The translations under genes were made by a program, and so were the position numbers. A DNA stretch of 48,171 bases from Ferruginibacter sp. GTDB lineage: Bacteria; Bacteroidota; Bacteroidia; Chitinophagales; Chitinophagaceae. The stretch is from NCBI GenBank assembly GCA_040003485.1, contig JBDUCK010000001.1, forward strand, positions 1 through 48,171. The letters run 5' to 3'. The notes beneath the pieces were generated by a model, which ran no database searches, had not been told where the DNA came from, and was given only the letters and a program-made list of their open reading frames with translations. Positions 35,351-42,850 of this stretch are shown one piece after another (positions within the stretch are counted from its first letter, which is position 1; every line of letters starts with the position of its first letter).

Positions 35351-36673
35351 TTATGTTTCGGCGTACTTCTTTTTGCCAATAAAAATAAAGGCTAATCCAC
35401 TGATTATTAGCAAACAGGCAATAATTTCTGCCTGCGATGGGTGCAGCCCAAGAAAGTTATAAGTTTTGTTAACCCTTATCAATTCTATAAAAAACCTTTC
35501 TATACCATTTAGTATAAGGTAGATGCCGAACATGACCAACGGTGTTTTTATTTTTCTCCGGATTGACCATAGGAAAAGAAAAATCAGACTACATATTATA
35601 ATTTCATATAATGAAGTAGGGAAAACGGGTTGAGGCAATACCCTGTTATGGTCTTCCTCATTTCCCGGTATTTTAATACCGTCAGTATTTACATTTTGTG
35701 GAAACGAATAAGCAAAAAACCAGTTAGGTAAAAAAGGCGGCCCTTTAAAACTTTTATGCGGCACGTTATCCAATGTACCATAAGTACGGTCTGTTACATA
35801 TAAAGAGTGATTAGCACTATCTGATACTTTGCCTTCGGTAAAATACCCAGCATATTTTTGCAATTGTTTATCAAAATCGCCGGGCTGTGCAACCATTACT
35901 TTACCCGTTGCATCGCTAATGTAGGCACTGTTGTAAATGCCCCAATCGCCATCGCCTGATATTTGGCAACCCATGCGGCCTACTGCATAAGCAATTATTA
36001 AAGCAGGTGCTGCAGCATCTACCAGGTGCCTTATCTTTATCCCCTTTTTATAGCCATACCAGCAAATAGCAATGGCAGCCATTATTAGTCCTCCATAAAA
36101 AGTAAGGCCGCTTTGAGAAAAAATTCTACCAATAGGGTCTTTTATAAATTCATCCCAGTTTTCAAAATTGTCAAACAGCTTTGCTCCTAAAATGCCAAAT
36201 ACAAGTCCTAAAATAATTATATCTCCTACCCTGTCATGTGGCCATATACGGACAGGCCTCCGCTCAGGCTCTTTTAGTTTTTGTTTATTTTTATCCCACC
36301 ATTTAATTCCTATAAGTATAGCAGCAAATGCAATACCGCCTAATATATTTCCCTGTTTAGAAAAAATATAATCCTGCGCATTTACTTCTGGTGGCTTACT
36401 GAATAATAATCCCAGTAATTTATATCCAAAAAGAAAACCAACAAGGGCATTGATTAAAAGCTCACTGAGGGATGCAGGTTTTCCCACAACAATTGTTTCT
36501 TCCCGGGGCACAAGCAAGCCGAGTTTTTCTTTTCGCTTTAATTCAGAACTAAGTACAAGCGCTGCAATTACAAAGGCAAGCGCTACCATAAGGCCAAAAG
36601 TATTTAGTATTTTAAGTGCACTCCACTCTACACCAAACCAATCTTTGAAAATATAATATAAATTGGGATACAT
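35351..36673 (-). CDS. lgt: Prolipoprotein diacylglyceryl transferase (Lgt) family protein, extended form
   Basis: LGAKL, GLTFYGG, GRMGCQ, PTSLYE, ERFFIELIR; extra N-terminal TM pair and long insertion. Confidence 0.8.
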   Translation of the reverse strand: MYPNLYYIFKDWFGVEWSALKILNTFGLMVALAFVIAALVLSSELKRKEKLGLLVPREETIVVGKPASLSELLINALVGFLFGYKLLGLLFSKPPEVNAQDYIFSKQGNILGGIAFAAILIGIKWWDKNKQKLKEPERRPVRIWPHDRVGDIIILGLVFGILGAKLFDNFENWDEFIKDPIGRIFSQSGLTFYGGLIMAAIAICWYGYKKGIKIRHLVDAAAPALIIAYAVGRMGCQISGDGDWGIYNSAYISDATGKVMVAQPGDFDKQLQKYAGYFTEGKVSDSANHSLYVTDRTYGTLDNVPHKSFKGPPFLPNWFFAYSFPQNVNTDGIKIPGNEEDHNRVLPQPVFPTSLYEIIICSLIFLFLWSIRRKIKTPLVMFGIYLILNGIERFFIELIRVNKTYNFLGLHPSQAEIIACLLIISGLAFIFIGKKKYAET

Positions 36674-36726
36674 CTTAATTATTTAAGGTTTTAAAAAAGC
36701 ATTGCAATATATCCTTTACAAGCGGC

Positions 36727-36771
36727 AAAAAAAAATCCTCCTGAAGTAACCATACAACAGGAGGACTTTTT
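36727..36771 (-). terminator. Intrinsic terminator after the bacilliredoxin gene
   Basis: TCCTCCTG / CAGGAGGA stem flanked by A and T tracts. Confidence 0.7.
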
Positions 36772-36785
36772 AAATTTTATTATCA

Positions 36786-37202
36786 TTAATTACAATGCGT
36801 ATTAAATGCGCCCATAAGATTGTCTGCAATCATCTGTGCACTGCGGCCCTCTATCATATGGCGCTCTATCATATGTACTAATTGGCCATTTTTAAAAAGG
36901 GCGATAGCTGGGGAGGAAGGTGGGTAAGGCATAAGGTGTTCCATGATTTTATTGACAGCTTCCACATCAAACCCGGCAAAACTTGTTGTAATATTATCAG
37001 GCTTGTTTTGTGCATTATGTACGGCCAATAATACACCCGGCCTGGCCGTGCCTGCACTGCAACCACAAACAGAATTTATCATTACAAGTGTGGTTCCTTT
37101 GTCGTTTAAGGTAGTTTCTACATCAGCTGCAGTAAGCAATTCCGTAAAACCATTTTCTGTTAATTCCTCTTTCATTGGAATAACTATTTCTTCTGGATAC
37201 AT
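36786..37202 (-). CDS. BrxA/BrxB family bacilliredoxin
   Basis: INSVCGCSAGTARPG, FAGFD, PPSSPAIALFKNG, IEGR. Confidence 0.93.
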   Translation of the reverse strand: MYPEEIVIPMKEELTENGFTELLTAADVETTLNDKGTTLVMINSVCGCSAGTARPGVLLAVHNAQNKPDNITTSFAGFDVEAVNKIMEHLMPYPPSSPAIALFKNGQLVHMIERHMIEGRSAQMIADNLMGAFNTHCN

Positions 37203-37290
37203 TTTTTAATTTTTAAATAATGAAACACAAAATTACAACCTTCTTCGCAAAGATACATTGAAAAGATTCGATGTTTGCTTTTCATTAAGA

Positions 37291-37391
37291 GACACAATGA
37301 CGGATATTAAAACAAAATTTAGACAAGATGACTTGGTTAAGAAAAGTAAATGGTTATTATGTCTTGTAAAATGCAATGGAATACAATTTGA
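37291..37391 (+). promoter_or_regulatory. hsp20 promoter: three 11-bp boxes at 31-bp period plus a sigma54-like -24/-12 motif
   Basis: GACACAATGAC (37291), GACAAGATGAC (37322), GTTATTATGTC (37353); TGGAATACAATTTGA (37377-37391). Confidence 0.55.
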
Positions 37392-37440
37392 GGAATGAAG
37401 AATGAAAATAAAATTGTAAAAAAATTAAAATTATAACGCC

Positions 37441-37881
37441 ATGACATTAGTAAAAGTAAACAACGGTTTTTCAAAATCTATAGATGGAATGATGAACGAT
37501 CTATTTAATGAATTTCCAACTGCAGTAAGTAAAACTTTCCGGGAAGATGTATTGCATTTTCCTCCGGTAAACATTACCAATAAAGAAGCTGCCTATTCAA
37601 TAGAATTAGCTGCTCCAGGGTTTGAAAAACCAGATTTTAATGTAAAACTCGATAACAATATTCTTACGATCAGTACAGAGAAAAAAGAAAAAGAAACTGA
37701 ACAAGGTCAGAAAGTTATCCGGAGAGAATTCAGCACAAAATCATTTAAGCGCAGCTTTACAATTGATGATAAAATTGATACCGAAAATATTAGCGCAAAA
37801 TATGAAAATGGCATCCTTACTTTAGAGCTTCCAAAAAAAGAAATTGAAAAGGCCGGAGCTAAAGAAATTAATATTCTATAA
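37441..37881 (+). CDS. Small heat shock protein (Hsp20/alpha-crystallin)
   Basis: PPVNI, ELAAPG, RREF..SFKRSF, AKYENGILTLELPK. Confidence 0.95.
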   Translation: MTLVKVNNGFSKSIDGMMNDLFNEFPTAVSKTFREDVLHFPPVNITNKEAAYSIELAAPGFEKPDFNVKLDNNILTISTEKKEKETEQGQKVIRREFSTKSFKRSFTIDDKIDTENISAKYENGILTLELPKKEIEKAGAKEINIL

Positions 37882-37927
37882 AAAGATTTAAGATTATACA
37901 GTTGATTACCTTAATGATTCGTAAGGT

Positions 37928-37956
37928 AAGGCCTCCCCATTCCTGCGGAGGCTTTT
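37928..37956 (+). terminator. Intrinsic terminator after hsp20
   Basis: GCCTCC / GGAGGC stem followed by TTTT. Confidence 0.7.
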
Positions 37957-38407
37957 ATTTGCAATTTACTTTTCTACGTGTGTCCACCAGGTATTGGATT
38001 TTCCATCCTTCAGGTGTATTTATTAATTGAAAAGAATCTACACCGCAATGGCTGAATTTTCCATCATAATAAAATTGATAAGGTGCCCATACCATTGCTA
38101 ACGGCCCATCTATTTTTATAGTTTCAAATGTTATCCTTTCATCGGCCATATTTTTTTTCTGTTTACTTACAAAGTCTGCAAATTCTTTTACTAATTCATT
38201 TTCTATTTCTGTTTTACCTTCTTTAGTTTTTATAATAGTTTGCAATATAGCACTGTCTGCAAAACAGGAAGAAAGCAACCGTACATCTCCATTTTTCATT
38301 GCCTGAAATAAATTATTCACCGTTGCTTTTACAGAATCTTCTGCCGTTTGAGCACTTGCGATTGATACAATAAAAGGAATTGTTAAAGAAATCAGAAAGA
38401 ACTTCAT
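37955..38407 (-). CDS. Exported NTF2-like (SnoaL/lumazine-binding-like) protein
   Basis: Signal peptide; IDGPLAMVWAPYQFY..SHCGVDSFQL..GWKI. Confidence 0.85.
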   Translation of the reverse strand: MKFFLISLTIPFIVSIASAQTAEDSVKATVNNLFQAMKNGDVRLLSSCFADSAILQTIIKTKEGKTEIENELVKEFADFVSKQKKNMADERITFETIKIDGPLAMVWAPYQFYYDGKFSHCGVDSFQLINTPEGWKIQYLVDTRRKVNCK

Positions 38408-38464
38408 AAATATTTTGTTTTAACTGTTTGGTAAAGTTATTGAACTAAAGCGCAAAACAAATAG

Positions 38465-38812
38465 CTGAAAAAGATTAATAGTTATATTATCGTCCTGGCA
38501 TTATTGGTTTTTATATCCAGTTGTAATAAAAAAACCTATCCTGAAAAAAACGAGAATACAGTAACTAGCCATGAATCAGCCATAGTAAAACCAGCTCCGC
38601 CCATTTCGGCAAAAGAATATTTGAAAGAAAAGGCAAAAAAGGGTGATGGCAGTCCGCCGCAGGTAATTATTGTAAATGATAAGGCCGCCGGAAAAACTAC
38701 CGATGGAAAATACTATTATGATCTTAATGGATTCAGGTATTGGAAAAATAATAAGGATGGAAAGTATTATTTAAATGGCATTTTCTCTACCAAGAAAAAA
38801 AGTAAGGGTTAG
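38465..38812 (+). CDS. Hypothetical lipoprotein, probable CTG start
   Basis: In-frame extension from CTG at 38465 gives MKKINSYIIVLALLVFISS/C, a complete lipoprotein signal; in-frame TAG immediately before. Confidence 0.68.
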   Translation: MKKINSYIIVLALLVFISSCNKKTYPEKNENTVTSHESAIVKPAPPISAKEYLKEKAKKGDGSPPQVIIVNDKAAGKTTDGKYYYDLNGFRYWKNNKDGKYYLNGIFSTKKKSKG

Positions 38813-38857
38813 AAATTTACTAAATTATCTCCCCTAAAAGAAGATTGCTTTTTATAC

Positions 38858-38888
38858 AATAAGCCCGCTGATATATAGCGGGCTTATT
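38858..38888. terminator. Bidirectional terminator between convergent genes
   Basis: AATAAGCCCGCT-N7-AGCGGGCTTATT perfect 12-bp stem. Confidence 0.8.
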
Positions 38889-38915
38889 AGTTTATTGTGA
38901 CTTTCAAAATGAGAC

Positions 38916-40337
38916 TTAAGTATATCCTAATATCTTCAGCATGCTTTGTGCCGTTTGTTCTTTAGCATGTAACCAATCTACCATTTTACCGTTTTTATCG
39001 GGGCCTACAATTACATGTTTAGGAGATGGAATCATACAATGCTTTATACCGCCGTACCCGCTTATCTGATCCTGGTAAGCACCTGTATGAAAAAACCCAA
39101 CAAACAATGGTTCTCCTTCACCTAACTTGGGAAGAAACACTTCATTTATATGTTCTTCAGAATCATAATAATCGTGGCTGTCGCAGGTAATACCACCTAA
39201 TACCACCCGTTGGTATTCATTATCCCATTTATTTATCGGTAGCATCAAAAATTTTTCACCAATACCCCAGGTGTCAGGCAATGTGGTTATAAATGATGAA
39301 TCAATCATGTACCAGGTCTCCCGGTCGTTCTGCATTTTTTGCCCGATTACACTGTAAATATGCGCCATGCTTTCCCCAACGGTATAGCTGCCAAATTCTG
39401 TAAAAATATTGGGCATGGGAACTTTATTCCTGGTACAGGCTACCTTAATATTCCGTACAATTTCATTAATCATAAATTGATAATCGTACTCAAACGCCAG
39501 GGAATGTTTTATAGGAAAACCGCCCCCGATATTTATTGAGTCCAGCTCCGGGCAAATCTTTTTTAACTGGCAATAAAGATTAATTACTTTGTTCAGTTCA
39601 CTCCAGTAATAAATATCATCTTTTATTCCCTTGTTCAAAAAAATATGAAGCATTTTTAATTGAAAACGATGCTCATTACCTTCAATTTTATCTACATAAA
39701 ATTCTAAAATATCTTTTGCCCTTATGCCCAGCCGGCTGGTATAAAAAGGAAAATTCGGTTCTTCCTCTGCAGCCACTCTTATCCCCAGGTTAAAAGGAAC
39801 TTTCACAGATTTAACGTAAGCCCTCAATTCTTCCACATTGTCTAAAACCGGAATTACATTTTTAAAGCCACTGTTTAAAAGCCCTGCGATGCGCTGTGTG
39901 TATGGCTTTTGTTTGTACCCGTTACATACAACAAAAATATCTTTGTTGATTTTCTTTTTGGCGTACAACTTTTTTATGATATCAATATCGTAAGCATAAG
40001 AAGTCTCCAGGTGTATATCATTTTTTAATGCTTCTTCTACTATAAAAGAAAAATGAGAACTCTTTGTGCAGTAACAGTAATTATACTTGCCCGTGTATTT
40101 ATGTTTTTTAAAAGCAGTTGCAAACATTGCTTTTGCTTTATTTATCTGCTTGCCTATTTTAGGCAGATAAGTAAGTTTTAGCGGCGTGCCGTATTTATCT
40201 ATCAGAGCCTTTATATCAAGTCCGTTGTATTGAAGGTATTCATCTACAAGTTTAAAATCTTCCTGCGGAAAATTAAAGGTTTGATCTACCAGATCTGTAT
40301 ATGTATTATTCATGCCTACATCACCCGTATTACGCAT
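38916..40337 (-). CDS. speA: Arginine decarboxylase, short Bacteroidota type (fold III PLP)
   Basis: YCYCTKSSH, CNGYK, SRLG, NIGGG, TEFG, TLPDTWGI, ITCDS, TGAYQD. Confidence 0.88.
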   Translation of the reverse strand: MRNTGDVGMNNTYTDLVDQTFNFPQEDFKLVDEYLQYNGLDIKALIDKYGTPLKLTYLPKIGKQINKAKAMFATAFKKHKYTGKYNYCYCTKSSHFSFIVEEALKNDIHLETSYAYDIDIIKKLYAKKKINKDIFVVCNGYKQKPYTQRIAGLLNSGFKNVIPVLDNVEELRAYVKSVKVPFNLGIRVAAEEEPNFPFYTSRLGIRAKDILEFYVDKIEGNEHRFQLKMLHIFLNKGIKDDIYYWSELNKVINLYCQLKKICPELDSINIGGGFPIKHSLAFEYDYQFMINEIVRNIKVACTRNKVPMPNIFTEFGSYTVGESMAHIYSVIGQKMQNDRETWYMIDSSFITTLPDTWGIGEKFLMLPINKWDNEYQRVVLGGITCDSHDYYDSEEHINEVFLPKLGEGEPLFVGFFHTGAYQDQISGYGGIKHCMIPSPKHVIVGPDKNGKMVDWLHAKEQTAQSMLKILGYT

Positions 40338-40409
40338 CGCAGATTAAATATTTAATGGTTAGTAATTTTTAAAAAAACAAAGATATAATTTAACGACAGA
40401 ACTAAAATT

Positions 40410-40440
40410 AAAAATCCGCCCAGGCAAAAGCAGGGCGGAT
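40410..40440 (-). terminator. Intrinsic terminator of rpmI-rplT
   Basis: ATCCGCCC / GGGCGGAT stem with a T tract on the minus strand. Confidence 0.8.
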
Positions 40441-40461
40441 GTATAATTTTAAAGAATGATT

Positions 40462-40806
40462 TTATTTAACTGAATCAATCAGTTTCTTAAATGTTTCCGG
40501 CTCATTCATTGCAAGATCGGCAAGAACTTTACGATTAAGATCAATCCTTTTTTCCGTTAACTTATGAATGAATTCGCTGTACGTAATTCCTTCTGCTCTT
40601 ACGGCTGCATTGATACGTGCAATCCATAAAGTACGGTACTCACGCTTTTTTAATTTACGGCCAACGTAGCTGTACGTTAACCCTTTTTCCATTACGTTTT
40701 TAGCAACGGTATAAACATTTTTACGCTTACCATAATAACCTTTGGCAGCTTTTAAAATTCTTTTGCGGCGTGCCCTGCTGGCTACTGCATTTACTGAACG
40801 TGGCAT
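40462..40806 (-). CDS. rplT: 50S ribosomal protein L20
   Basis: [31 protein letters not shown]. Confidence 0.99.
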   Translation of the reverse strand: MPRSVNAVASRARRKRILKAAKGYYGKRKNVYTVAKNVMEKGLTYSYVGRKLKKREYRTLWIARINAAVRAEGITYSEFIHKLTEKRIDLNRKVLADLAMNEPETFKKLIDSVK

Positions 40807-40853
40807 ATTTTAATTTTTTTGAAAGTTAATAGTTATGATTAATTACGTTTCGG

Positions 40854-41051
40854 TTATTTCAAACCTAATAAACGTCTTACAAAATGCATATTGCTGTCTG
40901 CAACTACACCATCTTTACGCATAGCACGCTTGCGTTTGGTAGATTTTTTTGTAAGAATGTGACGTTTGAAAGCTTTTTGAAAAGTAATTTTACCTGTACC
41001 GGTAACTTTAAAGCGCTTTTTTGCGCTGCTGTTGGTTTTAACCTTTGGCAT
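40854..41051 (-). CDS. rpmI: 50S ribosomal protein L35
   Basis: [28 protein letters not shown]. Confidence 0.99.
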   Translation of the reverse strand: MPKVKTNSSAKKRFKVTGTGKITFQKAFKRHILTKKSTKRKRAMRKDGVVADSNMHFVRRLLGLK

Positions 41052-41162
41052 TACATAACTGTTTAATGTTACTCCCTGCTGGCGTTCCGAAACTTCGGAA
41101 ACTTATGGAGCCGTGTGGGAAATGTTACCGAAACGAATTTTTCATTTCGGGTTGCAAAAGTA
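41052..41162 (-). promoter_or_regulatory. Promoter and structured 5' leader of rpmI-rplT (candidate ribosomal protein leader)
   Basis: TACTTTTG at 41162-41155, then hairpin CCGAAATGAA/TTCGTTTCGG and a multi-stem TCCC..GGC..TTCCGAA/TTCGGAA..GCC..GGGA. Confidence 0.6.
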
Positions 41163-41246
41163 GTAAATTTTATCGGATAAACAGGCTTTATAAGAGAATT
41201 ATATTCTTTTTTAAAACTCAAGCTAACTGCTTCTTTCAGCTTCATC

Positions 41247-41300
41247 CCCGCTATCCGCTGCAAGCCCAGCCTGTGGCTGGGGCTTTACCCTCCTATCGGG
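41247..41300 (+). ncRNA. Second copy of the GC-rich structured repeat (Flavo-1-like/REP)
   Basis: CCCGCTATCCGCTGCAAGCCC-hairpin-GGGCTTTACCCTCCTATCGGG aligns with 1811-1883. Confidence 0.5.
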
Positions 41301-41403
41301 CGTACAATTTCGGCAGTTAAATATTTTACCAGCATTAATAAATTGATGCACTATTACAGTTTTGCCATTTAGCAAATAACATATCTAAAAATTTAAAAGA
41401 GCA

Positions 41404-41961
41404 TTATCCCCCTTTTTTTATAACATTTACCAGTTTTGCATTTATCTGTTTTAAAAGATCAAATTGTTTTGCCTGCGAGTCAAAAAGGGTTTTTATCTGC
41501 TCTTCCAGTAACAGATCTATTTTTTGATGCAGGCTTCTTATCTGCATTTCTGCTTTTAAATTAATAAGATAATCGTTTTCGCTCCTCATCCTGTCTTTTT
41601 CTTCTACCCTGTTCTGGCTCATCATAATAATAGGCGCCTGCAAAGCTGCAATACAAGAAAGGATAAGGTTCATTAAAATAAAGGGATAGGGGTCAAATTT
41701 GTATTTGCCCATTGCTATTACATTAAAAAATATCCATACCGCTAGTATTACTCCAAATAAAATAATAAACCTCCAGCTTCCCCCAAACCTGGCCACTTTA
41801 TCAGAAATTTTTTGGCCCTTTGTTAGAATTTCCAGAGGTGGATTTTCAAGATTTTGTATGATAAGTTTTTCTTCATTTATACTATCTGTAACTATCTGGT
41901 GCAGTTTATTTATATGCTCATTTTCTGCATTCAGCATCTGATCTTTTTCTATATTTTTCAT
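41404..41961 (-). CDS. DUF1003 family membrane protein
   Basis: FGGSWRF, FDPYPFILMNLILS..AALQAPIIMMSQNR, INLKAE. Confidence 0.92.
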   Translation of the reverse strand: MKNIEKDQMLNAENEHINKLHQIVTDSINEEKLIIQNLENPPLEILTKGQKISDKVARFGGSWRFIILFGVILAVWIFFNVIAMGKYKFDPYPFILMNLILSCIAALQAPIIMMSQNRVEEKDRMRSENDYLINLKAEMQIRSLHQKIDLLLEEQIKTLFDSQAKQFDLLKQINAKLVNVIKKGG

Positions 41962-41997
41962 TTGTTTAAATATTAGTAATGAAGAAAGATTTATTTT

Positions 41998-42732
41998 TTA
42001 TTCACCCATTCCCTCTGCATCAGCAGTTTTGCTGCTATGGCTTACCATTTCATTGATGGCTGCAATTTCAGGTATGGTAAAATACCTCCATGTACCCGCT
42101 GGAGTTCCCGTAACGGTAATATTCATAATGCGTACTCTTTTCAGTGAAGTAACTTTATAGCCCAATGCTTCGCACATGCGTCGTATCTGCCGGTTTAGGC
42201 CTTGGGTAAGTATGATGCGGAAACGCTTATCCCCTTCCTGCTTTACAAAACATTTGGTTGTTACTGTGCCCAAAATTTTTACACCATTTCTCATGTCGTT
42301 TATAAAAAGACTGTTTACTGCTTTATCTACTGTAACAAGATATTCTTTTTCGTGGCCGTTGCCTGCACGCAAAATTTTATTTACTATATCGCCGTCGTTG
42401 GTTAAGAAAATTAATCCTTCCGAAAGCTTATCCAGCCTGCCTATGGGGAAAATGCGTGTTTTAAAGTTTACAAAACTGATAATATTTGTTTTGTCCTTTA
42501 AATCAGTTGTGCAGGTAATTCCTTTTGGTTTGTTAAGCACAATATATACCGGCGCAGTTTTCTTTTTCAGTGGTTCCCCATCCACCTTTACTACATCCCC
42601 ATCCATAACCCGGTTACCTTTATTGGCATCTTTGCCATTGATGGTTACCCTGCATTCTTCTATATAGCTATCTGCTTCCCTGCGGCTGCAAAAGCCGGAG
42701 TCGCTTATATATTTATTCAGACTAATATCCAT
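41998..42732 (-). CDS. rluF: 23S rRNA pseudouridine synthase RluF (RsuA family)
   Basis: S4 domain (LNKYIS..CSRREAD), IFPIGRLDK, HEKEY, LTQGLNRQIRRMCE. Confidence 0.92.
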   Translation of the reverse strand: MDISLNKYISDSGFCSRREADSYIEECRVTINGKDANKGNRVMDGDVVKVDGEPLKKKTAPVYIVLNKPKGITCTTDLKDKTNIISFVNFKTRIFPIGRLDKLSEGLIFLTNDGDIVNKILRAGNGHEKEYLVTVDKAVNSLFINDMRNGVKILGTVTTKCFVKQEGDKRFRIILTQGLNRQIRRMCEALGYKVTSLKRVRIMNITVTGTPAGTWRYFTIPEIAAINEMVSHSSKTADAEGMGE

Positions 42733-42791
42733 TTCAGCTTTTTAATAACGACTATGTGATGAATAGCAAAATTAATAACAATTATGGCCTT

Positions 42792-42820
42792 AACGGAGTA
42801 TTGCATTTATGTATTCCGTT
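42792..42820. promoter_or_regulatory. Palindromic operator candidate upstream of the OmpA-domain gene
   Basis: AACGGAGTA-N11-TATTCCGTT (8 of 9 matching), just before a TAACTTTA -7-like element. Confidence 0.35.
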
Positions 42821-42850
42821 TTGTAACTTTATTATTATTAAAGATACAGT

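Noticed and set aside
41045-41320. ORFs 41045-41320 (+) and 41069-41263 (-) as leader peptides
   Set aside because: They span the promoter, leader and repeat and show no coding signature.
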